Source: an uncultured Gemmatimonadales bacterium (GTDB taxonomy: Bacteria; Gemmatimonadota; Gemmatimonadetes; Longimicrobiales; Gaopeijiaceae). From it: a stretch of 64,000 nt of DNA. Position numbers and translations under genes: made by a program. The notes under the pieces were generated by a model, which was not told where the DNA came from, did no database searches, and worked only from the letters and a program-made list of their open reading frames with translations. Below, piece by piece: positions 27,534-35,821 of the stretch (position 1 is the first letter of the stretch; every line of letters starts with the position of its first letter). The stretch covers positions 177,995 through 241,994 of the forward strand of contig CAWGKG010000007.1 in assembly GCA_963823035.1 (NCBI GenBank), given 5' to 3'.

Positions 27534-28891
27534 CCATGGCAGAGAAGATCCTCTTGGTCGACGACGACGACCTCATCCGCACGGTGGTTGCGGAGCGCCT
27601 CCGGCGGCGCGGGTACGAGGTGTCGGCCGCGCGATCGCTCGCCGAGGCGCGTGCCTCCTTGCGAAACAGCTACCCGGACGCGGCACTCCTGGACATCCGC
27701 CTTCCCGACGGCAACGGCACGGAGTTGTTGGACGAGCTGACCGCCGACGAGGAGGTGCCCTGCGTGATGATCACCGCGCACGCCACCATCGAGTCCGCGG
27801 TCGAGGCGCTCAAGAAGGGCGCGCAGGACTATCTCGAGAAGCCGTTCTCCCTGGACCGCCTGGAGGCCACGCTGGAGGCGACGCTGGAGCGGACGCGACT
27901 GCGGCGCGAGGTGCGCGCGCTGCGACGTGCCGGAGGGGTGCGCGGCAACGTGATCGGCTCGAGCCCCGCCATGCGCGAGGTGCTCAACCTGGTCGACCGG
28001 GTGGCCCCGGCCGAGACCGCCACCGTCCTCCTCCAGGGGGAGACGGGAAGCGGGAAGGGCGTGCTCGCGCGGCTCATCCACGACCTCAGCCCCCGCGCCG
28101 ACCGGCCGTTCGTGAGCGTCACCTGCTCGGCCCTGGCGGAGTCGCTGATGGAGTCCGAGCTGTTCGGCCACGAGAAGGGTGCCTTCACCGACGCGCGCAC
28201 GCTCAAGCGCGGGCTGGTCGAGGTGGCGGCGGGCGGCACGCTCTTCCTCGACGAGATCGGCGAGCTGTCGCTCGGCCTGCAGAGCAAGCTCCTCGGCTTC
28301 ATCGAGGACCACTCGTTCCGACGCGTGGGCGGCACCAACGACCTGAACGTGGACGTTCGCGTCATCACGGCGACGAACCGCCACCTCGAAGAGGAGGTCG
28401 CTCAGGGCCGCTTCCGCCAGGACCTCTTCTACCGGCTGCGGGTGCTGCCCATCGAGTTGCCCCCGCTCCGCCACCGACGTTCGGACATCCCGGCGCTGAC
28501 GGCCGCCTTCCTGGACCGCTTCAACCAGGAGTTCGGGAAACGCGTGCGGGGTGTCGCCCGGAACGCGGCGGAGCTTCTGGAGCACTATCCGTGGCCGGGG
28601 AACGTGCGCGAGCTGCAAAACGTGGTGGAGCGCGCCGTTCTGCTCACCGAGGGAGAGGAGATCACGGTGGAGTCGCTGCCCCCCGAGGTCCGGAACACCG
28701 GATCGGACGACGCCGGCCCGGCGCCGTTCACGCTCGGGCCCGGCGGCGTGGATATCGAAGAGCTGGAGCGCGAGCTACTCATGGAGGCCCTGCGTCGGGC
28801 GGAGGGGAACCGCACCGAGGCCGGGCGCCTGCTGGGGTTGAGTCGGCACCAGATCCGCAATCGCCTGAAGAAGTATGGAGTCGAATCGTGA
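27530..28891 (+). CDS. Sigma54-dependent response regulator (NtrC/AtoC family)
   Basis: Receiver, GETGSGK, ESELFGHEKGAFTDA, FLDEIG, WPGNVRELQN, Fis-type helix-turn-helix. Confidence 0.95.
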   Translation: MTMAEKILLVDDDDLIRTVVAERLRRRGYEVSAARSLAEARASLRNSYPDAALLDIRLPDGNGTELLDELTADEEVPCVMITAHATIESAVEALKKGAQDYLEKPFSLDRLEATLEATLERTRLRREVRALRRAGGVRGNVIGSSPAMREVLNLVDRVAPAETATVLLQGETGSGKGVLARLIHDLSPRADRPFVSVTCSALAESLMESELFGHEKGAFTDARTLKRGLVEVAAGGTLFLDEIGELSLGLQSKLLGFIEDHSFRRVGGTNDLNVDVRVITATNRHLEEEVAQGRFRQDLFYRLRVLPIELPPLRHRRSDIPALTAAFLDRFNQEFGKRVRGVARNAAELLEHYPWPGNVRELQNVVERAVLLTEGEEITVESLPPEVRNTGSDDAGPAPFTLGPGGVDIEELERELLMEALRRAEGNRTEAGRLLGLSRHQIRNRLKKYGVES

Positions 28892-31002
28892 GATCCCCCT
28901 TCCCTGTCCCTCCCAGGCCCCGACCCCTCGGGCGCATCCTCGCGATCGGGGCGCTGCTGGCCTGCTTCGGCCTGCCCGCACCGGGACGCGCCCAGGTCAC
29001 GCGCCCCACGTGCGAGTCCTGCCACGGCGAGATCGAGCTCCTGCGCCAGCACGTCTCGACGCTCGAAGACGCGCAGAAGCTGCTGTCGCCGGCGGCCGAC
29101 CTGGCCGCGTCGGCACACGGCTCGATGACCTGCTCGGACTGCCACGACGGATTCCGCCGCTACCCGCACGCGGACACGGCCGCGACGAAGAGCTGCCGGT
29201 CCTGCCACGAGGTGATCGCCAAGACGTGGGAAGACGGCGTACACGCCCTCGACAGCGCCGCCACCTGCACGGCCTGCCACGGCACCCACGACGTCAGGCC
29301 GGTGTCGGAGCTGCGCACTCCCGAAGGTGCACGGGCCATGCGACAGGCGTGCGGCTCCTGCCACTTCGAGCCCGCGCAGGCCACCCACGATCCGCACGCC
29401 GACTCCGTCTCGTGCGCCGGATGCCACGAGCCGCATCGTACCCTCCCGGTCGAGGACGATCGGGCGAACACCCACCCCCTCAACCAGGCGCGCACCTGCG
29501 GCGCGTGCCACGACACGATCGCCGCCGCCTGGAGCGCCGACGTGCACGGCGGGATCGTGCCCGAGCTCTCCACCCCGGGCGGCCGCGTTCCCGAGGGTGC
29601 CTCTCGCGCCGAGCCGCCCGCCTGCAGCGGCTGCCACGGCGCCCACGACATGGTCGCACCCTCGGAGCCGGGCTTCCGCGCGGAGATGGTCGAGCGGTGC
29701 TCGCGTTGCCACGAGTCCTACGCGGAGAGCTTCGCCGACTCGTACCACGGACAGGCCTCCACCCTGGGGTCGGACATCGTCGCGACGTGCGCCGACTGCC
29801 ACGGCTCGCACACCATCCTCCCCGCCTCCGACCCCAACTCGAAGGTGAGTGACGGACGCAGGCTCGAGACCTGCCGAACCTGCCACAAGCAGGCCACGGC
29901 GGGCTTCGCGCTGTTCCAGCCACACGCGGATCACAACGACCGGGAGCGGTATCCTTTCGTGTACTGGTCCTATCACCTCATGACCACCCTGCTCATCGGC
30001 GTGTTCATCGTGTTCGGCGCGCACACCGCACTCTGGCTCGCCCGCCTCGGGTTCGATGCCTTGCGCGGGGTGTCCACGCAGTGCCGGGCACGACGCCGGA
30101 GGCGGATCATGACTGCCCCGAAGCCCGAACCCCCCCTGCACATCGATTCCGCCCAGCGCGGTGAAGGCCCCTTCGTCTGGCGGTTCGAGGCCTATCACCG
30201 CTGGACGCACGCGGCGGTGATCGTCTCCTTCTTCCTCCTGGTGTTGACCGGCCTGCCCCTGCGCTTCAGCCAGGCGTTCTGGGCGGGTCCGCTCATGAAG
30301 CTCCTGGGCGGCGTCGAGATGGCCGGCATCCTCCACCGGATCGGCGCCGGGATCACCTTCGCCTACTTCGGCGCCCACCTGGCGTATCTGATCCGCAAGC
30401 TGGTGCGGGCCCCCGACCCGATGAAGCTGTTCTGGGGACCCGACTCGCTGGTCCCGCAGCCGCGCGACGTCGTGGATTTCGTGCGCCAGATCCTCTGGTA
30501 CTTCGGCCGCGGGCCACGCCCGCAGTTCACGCGCTGGAGCTACATGGAGAAGTTCGACTACTTCGCCGTGTTCTGGGGCGTCGCGATCATCGGCGGCTCC
30601 GGACTCATGCTCTGGTTCCCGGAGTTCTTCGCCCGCTTCATCCCGGGGTGGGTGTTCAACGTCGCGACGATCGTGCACGCCGACGAGGCGCTGCTCGCGG
30701 CGGGCTTCATCTTCACGATCCACTTCTTCCACGTGCACTTCCGCCCGGAGAAGTTCCCCCTGGACGCGGTGATGTTCACCGGGCGCGCGACCAAGGCCTA
30801 CATGGAGGAGGAGCACCCGCTGGTGATGGACCAGATCGAGATGCACGCGCACGAGGCTCCCTCCCTCGAGCAGATCCCGGACCGGCCGGCCCCTCCTCCC
30901 TCGCGCCGCGCCTCGCTCATCGCAGCCGGCCTCGGCTTCGCCGCCGTGGCCGTGGGCCTCGCCCTCACCGGATTGATCCTATGGGCCGTTATCCTCTACT
31001 GA
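28888..31002 (+). CDS. Multiheme cytochrome c (11 CxxCH) + cytochrome b membrane domain, CbcL-like (one ORF as assembled; may be two genes)
   Basis: Signal peptide, 11 CxxCH, then HRWTH, TGLPLRF, LHRIGA, WSYMEKFDYFAVFWG, IVHADEALLA, FTIHFF. Confidence 0.88.
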   Translation: MRSPFPVPPRPRPLGRILAIGALLACFGLPAPGRAQVTRPTCESCHGEIELLRQHVSTLEDAQKLLSPAADLAASAHGSMTCSDCHDGFRRYPHADTAATKSCRSCHEVIAKTWEDGVHALDSAATCTACHGTHDVRPVSELRTPEGARAMRQACGSCHFEPAQATHDPHADSVSCAGCHEPHRTLPVEDDRANTHPLNQARTCGACHDTIAAAWSADVHGGIVPELSTPGGRVPEGASRAEPPACSGCHGAHDMVAPSEPGFRAEMVERCSRCHESYAESFADSYHGQASTLGSDIVATCADCHGSHTILPASDPNSKVSDGRRLETCRTCHKQATAGFALFQPHADHNDRERYPFVYWSYHLMTTLLIGVFIVFGAHTALWLARLGFDALRGVSTQCRARRRRRIMTAPKPEPPLHIDSAQRGEGPFVWRFEAYHRWTHAAVIVSFFLLVLTGLPLRFSQAFWAGPLMKLLGGVEMAGILHRIGAGITFAYFGAHLAYLIRKLVRAPDPMKLFWGPDSLVPQPRDVVDFVRQILWYFGRGPRPQFTRWSYMEKFDYFAVFWGVAIIGGSGLMLWFPEFFARFIPGWVFNVATIVHADEALLAAGFIFTIHFFHVHFRPEKFPLDAVMFTGRATKAYMEEEHPLVMDQIEMHAHEAPSLEQIPDRPAPPPSRRASLIAAGLGFAAVAVGLALTGLILWAVILY

Positions 31003-32341
31003 CGCTCCTCGCGCCCGCCGTGCATCGCGCTGGCCGGCACCGCCTGCGCGCCGGAGGACGCGCCGCAGCGGACCGCGGGAGACCCGCACGCTGCGGTGGC
31101 GTGCGCCGAGTGCCACCAGGGCGGGCTGGCCGACCGTGAGCTGGCGGCCGTGCCGAGCGGCGCGTGCACGCAGTCGGGCTGCCACAAGGACGGCGCTCCT
31201 GCCCAGGTGACCCTCCAGACCGTGACGTTCGAGCACCGGAGCCACGGCTCCACCGAGACGATGGCGGTCGGCTGCGCGGGGTGCCACGCCCATCGTGCCG
31301 GCGGGGAGCCGCTGACGGCGGGAGCCGAGACATGCGGCCTCTGCCACGCGGATGAGCTCTCCGGCGCGCGGGGTGAGGACTGTCGTCTCTGCCACACGAC
31401 GCTCAAGCACGAGGGGATGACGAGCCAGGGCGTCGCGATCCCGCACGAGGGCCTGCCCTGGATCGAGGGCGGCTGCCTGCGCTGCCACTACGCGGTGTCC
31501 AAGCCGGTGCACGAGGTGTCGCTGTCGCGCTGCGCGAGCTGCCACGACGACGTGGACGCCGCCACGGCGGCCGGCATCGGCGAGGACCTGCACCCGGAGC
31601 ACGAAGGGAACGCCTGCGGTGCCTGCCACGAGGAGGACAACCACCGCATCCAGGCGATGAGCTCCGCGGTGGATCTGCAGTGCGCAACGTGCCACACCGA
31701 GGAGCACGGCGTGGAGGTGGACCCGGCGTGGCTGAGCGCGTCGACCTGCGACGCCTGCCACGCCAAGGCCCACCAGGGGGAGCAGCGCCTCCTGCTCGGG
31801 ATCCTCCCGGGCGCCGAGGCCGCCGCACCCTCCGACCACTTCATGGACGGGCTCACCTGCCGGTCCTGCCACCTTCCGCTCGCTCCGAGCACGAACGGGC
31901 GCCGCGTGGGCGGGTCGATCGCGTGCGTCCAGTGCCACCGTCCCGAGTACGCGACGCATCCTGCGCTGGTGGAACGACGGCATCGCCGAGCGCACCCGGA
32001 TGGTCGACCGCTACCTCACGGGGGCGGAAGCCGCCGTCCGGGGCCGCGACGCGGACGACGGCGCGGTCCAGGCCGTCGCGCGAGCCAGGGCGACGCTCGA
32101 CCTCGTGCGGAGCTCGGGTGGGCAGCACAACCTCCCCCTGACGCACCGGATGTTCCAGGACGCGGTGGCGGGCGCGGAGGAGGGGTATCGGCTCGTCGGC
32201 CGTAACGCGCCGCCGGCGCCCGAGCTCGGGCGCGCACCCCGTCAGGGAATCTGCACGTACTGCCACTACCGCCTGCCCGAGCCGGGCTTCTCGGAGCGGA
32301 TGGACGACGCCTTCCACCGGGAGGTGCTGGGCAGGCACTAG
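30981..32341 (+). CDS. Lipoprotein multiheme cytochrome c, 13 heme motifs (frameshifts near 31020 and 31955)
   Basis: Reconstructed signal MGRYPLLTLL..IALAGTAC; 12 CxxCH plus one CTQSGCH across ORFs 31096..32205 and 32000..32341. Confidence 0.82.
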
Positions 32342-33387
32342 CCCGGAACGAGCACCACCTTCGTCCACCCCGGCTCCCGGGCCGCGAAGCGGCGGTAGGC
32401 GTCCACGCCCCGCGACAGCGGGAGGCGGTGGGAGATCAGCTTCGCGAGCAGGCCCTCGTCGCGCGCGGCGATCTCGAGCGAGGCCGGCATGTAGTGGCGC
32501 GCCGGGCAGCGCCCGGAGGCGTAGCGCAGGTTGCGGTCGTAGATCTCGCCCGGGCTCAGCGCCAGATGCGGCTCGGTATGGACGCCGAGCACGGCGAGCG
32601 AGCCGCCCGGGCGGAGGAGGTCCGCGGCGAGCCGCGTGGCCTCGGGCGTGCCGACGGCCTCGATGGCGGCGTCGGCTCCCCTCCCCTCCGAGCGCTCTCG
32701 AACGAGCGAGAGGGTATCCTCGCGCTCGCCGTCCAACGCGGTGGCGCCGAAGACGCCCGCGAGCTCCAGGCGCGAGGGGACGCGGTCGACGGCCACCACC
32801 TCGCGCGCGCCTCGCGCCAGCGCGGCCCGGACGGCCAGCACGCCCACGGGGCCGCACCCCACCACGACCACCAGGTCGCCGGGCGCCACGCCCGCGAGGT
32901 CGGCCCCGAACGTCGCGGTCGACAGCACGTCGCCCGCGAGGAGGGCGACCGCATCGTCCAACCCTTCGGGCACCGTGACGAGCGACCCGTCGGCCAGCGG
33001 GACCCGCGCCAGCTCGGCCTGGACGCCGTGCAACCCCCGCCCCTCCTGCACCCACCCGAAGAGCGCGCCCTTCTCGCAGCGTGCCGTGAGGCCGACGCCG
33101 CAGTAGAAGCAGCGGCCGCAGCTCGTGCTGAACGGCGCGACCACGCGGTCGCCGACGGCCACGGTGCGCACCTCGGAGCCGACCTCCACGACCTCGCCGA
33201 GCAGCTCGTGGCCCATGACGGTCCCGACGTCGAGTCCGCGCTCCCGGCCGAAGTAGGGGTGGAGATCGGAACCGCAAATGCCCGCGACGCGCATGCGCAC
33301 GAGGGCGTCGGTGGGCTCGAGGACCCGCGGCTCGGGCACCTCCTCCCAGGCGAGGGACTCGACGCCCCGGAAGGTGATGGCCCTCAA
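32338..33387 (-). CDS. Zinc-dependent alcohol dehydrogenase
   Basis: ICGSDLH, GHE, CGRCFYC..C, GCGPVG. Confidence 0.92.
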   Translation of the reverse strand: MRAITFRGVESLAWEEVPEPRVLEPTDALVRMRVAGICGSDLHPYFGRERGLDVGTVMGHELLGEVVEVGSEVRTVAVGDRVVAPFSTSCGRCFYCGVGLTARCEKGALFGWVQEGRGLHGVQAELARVPLADGSLVTVPEGLDDAVALLAGDVLSTATFGADLAGVAPGDLVVVVGCGPVGVLAVRAALARGAREVVAVDRVPSRLELAGVFGATALDGEREDTLSLVRERSEGRGADAAIEAVGTPEATRLAADLLRPGGSLAVLGVHTEPHLALSPGEIYDRNLRYASGRCPARHYMPASLEIAARDEGLLAKLISHRLPLSRGVDAYRRFAAREPGWTKVVLVPG

Positions 33388-34238
33388 CCCGCGGACGTCT
33401 CCTCGGGCCGCCGGGTGCGCCCCACGATCAGCGTGATGTTGTCGGTCCCACCGTCATCGAGCGCGTCCTGCAGGAGCTGCTCGACCACCTGGCGCGCGCT
33501 CGTCATCGTGGCCAGGCGCTCCCCGATGCGCTCGTCGGAGACGTGCTTCGTCAGGCCGTCGCTGCACAGCAGCACCACCGTGCCCCAGTCCCGCACGACA
33601 CGCGTCACGACCGGCACCGCCTGTTGCCCACCCACCGCGCTCGACAGCACGTCGGCCCACCGGCTCCTCTCCGCCTCCGTGCGCGTCAGCACGCCCCGAT
33701 CCACGAGCTCCTGGGCGAGCGTCTGGTCACGGCTGATCTGGGTGAGCACGCCTTCGCGGAAGACGTAGCAGCGCGAGTCGCCGACCTGAAGGAGGTAGGC
33801 ATGGGGCCACAGCCCGAGGAAGAGCGTGAGCGTGGTGGCGAAGCGGCGCCCGCCTCCCTCACGCTCCGTCGTCTCGAGCAGGCTCTCGTGCACGGCCAGC
33901 GCGGCCTCGTGCAGAAGGCGGGAGAAGACCTCGGGGTCCTCCGACTCCTTGTGCTGGGCCTCGTGGAAGAACGCGGACACGGACGAGACCAGGCCCTGCA
34001 CGGCGCGGCGCGCGGCCTTCTCCCCACCGCTGTAGCCGCCGACGCCGTCGGCGACGATCCCCAGGGAGGCCAGGCGCTCCAGCTCCGCGTGGTCCGCATC
34101 CGGGAGGCTGGTGCGCTCCGTCGTGACGCCGCGCGCGAGCGCGCCCTGGAAGAAGTGGTCCTGGTTGTCCGCGCGCACCTTACCCTGGTGCGTGAGCCCC
34201 CAGGCGTCGATGTCGGCGAAACGCGGCCGCTCATCCAT
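33384..34238 (-). CDS. PP2C-family Ser/Thr phosphatase
   Basis: GKVRADNQD, VADGVGG, VGDSRCY, LCSDGL, GGTDNIT. Confidence 0.92.
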   Translation of the reverse strand: MDERPRFADIDAWGLTHQGKVRADNQDHFFQGALARGVTTERTSLPDADHAELERLASLGIVADGVGGYSGGEKAARRAVQGLVSSVSAFFHEAQHKESEDPEVFSRLLHEAALAVHESLLETTEREGGGRRFATTLTLFLGLWPHAYLLQVGDSRCYVFREGVLTQISRDQTLAQELVDRGVLTRTEAERSRWADVLSSAVGGQQAVPVVTRVVRDWGTVVLLCSDGLTKHVSDERIGERLATMTSARQVVEQLLQDALDDGGTDNITLIVGRTRRPEETSAG

Positions 34239-34434
34239 CGACGGGGACGCCGGTGGAGGCGGAGCGGCGGCGGAAGGGAGTCGGATCCATCGCGGTAAGA
34301 TGCGTGCGGATCGTCGAAGCGGCCAGCATCCCCGGGCACCGCCAGGCACGGGGCTCGTGCCTTTCCCACACTCCCGTCGTCGCCTACACTCTCCCCGCCC
34401 TGCCCTCGCTCCGACCCGAACCGACGCCGACGCC

Positions 34435-35754
34435 ATGAACACCTCTCACGCCGCCCGCCTACGCTTCGCCTTCGCGTCCCTCCTGGCCCTCGCCGCGTGT
34501 GGCACGGCCGGCACCGACGCCCCCGAGTCCGAGGAAGCCCTGGTCACGCGAGCCCGCGGGATCCACGAGCGCGTGATCACGCTCGACACCCACAACGACA
34601 TCAACCCGGCCAACTTCACGGCCGAGAAGAACTACGCGATGGACCTGCCCACGCAGGTCAACCTCCCGAAGATGGAAGCGGGCGGCACCGACGTGAGCTG
34701 GATGGTCGTGTACGTCGGGCAGGGCGACCTGACGCCGCAGGGCTTCGCAGAAGCCAACGCCGAGGCACTGGAGAAGTTCGAGGCCATCCATCGGCTCACC
34801 GAGGAGATCGCCCCCGACCGCATCGAGCTGGCGCTCACCTCCGACGACGTCCGCCGTATCGTGGCTTCCGGGAAGAAGGTGGCGATGATCGGCGTGGAGA
34901 ACGGGTACTCCATCGGCACCGACCTCTCCAACATCGAGAAGTTCCAGAAGCTGGGCGCCCGGTACATGTCGCTGTCCCACAACGGCCACAGCCAGCTCGC
35001 CGACTCGAACACCGGCGAGCGGGACGACACGTGGCTCTACCACGGGCTCAGCGACCTGGGCAAGCAGGCCATCGCCGAGCTGAACCGGGTAGGGATCATG
35101 GTGGACCTCTCGCACCCCTCGAAGGAATCCAACCTGCAGGCCATCGCGCTGTCGCGGGCGCCGGTCATCGCGAGCCATTCGTCGGCCCGCGCCCTGAACG
35201 ACGTGAGCCGCAACCTCTCCGACGAGGAGCTGGAGGCGATCGAGGCCAACGGCGGCGTGGTGCAGACGGTGGCCTTCGCCAGCTACGTCAACTCGGCGAA
35301 GAACACCGCCCACCAGGACGCGGTGCGCGCGATCGAGGCCGAGGTCGCCGCGCAGATGGGCGTGGACATGATCGAGCGCCGCGAGCTCTACCAGATGAGC
35401 GAGGCCGAGCGTGAGGCCTACCGCTTGAAGTTCCAGCCCGTGCAGGACGCCGTGGACGCGCGCATGGACGAGGTGAACGCGAAGGCGCCGCCCGTGGACG
35501 TCTCCGACTTCGCGGACCACATCGACTACCTGGTGCAGAAGATCGGCATCGACCACGTCGGGATCAGCTCCGACTTCGACGGCGGCGGCGGCGTGGAGGG
35601 GTGGAACGACGCATCGGAGTCGTTCAACGTCACGCTCGAGCTGGTACGCCGCGGCTACACCGAGGAGGAGATCGGGAAACTGTGGAGCGGGAACCTCCTC
35701 CGCGTGCTCGACGAGGTGCAGGCCAAGGCGAAGGAGATCCAGGCGGAGAGCTGA
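34435..35754 (+). CDS. Membrane dipeptidase (M19), lipoprotein
   Basis: Lipobox LAAC, DTHND, GVENG, VDLSH, ASHSS, DHVGISSDFDGG. Confidence 0.92.
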   Translation: MNTSHAARLRFAFASLLALAACGTAGTDAPESEEALVTRARGIHERVITLDTHNDINPANFTAEKNYAMDLPTQVNLPKMEAGGTDVSWMVVYVGQGDLTPQGFAEANAEALEKFEAIHRLTEEIAPDRIELALTSDDVRRIVASGKKVAMIGVENGYSIGTDLSNIEKFQKLGARYMSLSHNGHSQLADSNTGERDDTWLYHGLSDLGKQAIAELNRVGIMVDLSHPSKESNLQAIALSRAPVIASHSSARALNDVSRNLSDEELEAIEANGGVVQTVAFASYVNSAKNTAHQDAVRAIEAEVAAQMGVDMIERRELYQMSEAEREAYRLKFQPVQDAVDARMDEVNAKAPPVDVSDFADHIDYLVQKIGIDHVGISSDFDGGGGVEGWNDASESFNVTLELVRRGYTEEEIGKLWSGNLLRVLDEVQAKAKEIQAES

Positions 35755-35785
35755 CGGCAGCGGTAGCCGCCGGCCCGCGGGCTTG

Positions 35786-35818
35786 TTGCGTACGCCCGGA
35801 CTTTCGGTATATGTTCGG
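35786..35818 (+). promoter_or_regulatory. dnaE2 promoter with TTCGG-N6-TTCGG repeat (candidate SOS operator)
   Basis: TTGCGT(35786)-N18-TATGTT(35810); TTCGG at 35803 and 35814; ATG at 35822 (leaderless geometry). Confidence 0.6.
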
Positions 35819-35821
35819 GTC

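Noticed and set aside
27355..28887. 1215-aa cytochrome with a long N-terminal extension
   Set aside because: The upstream part is an off-frame read of the regulator gene; the signal peptide starts at GTG 28888
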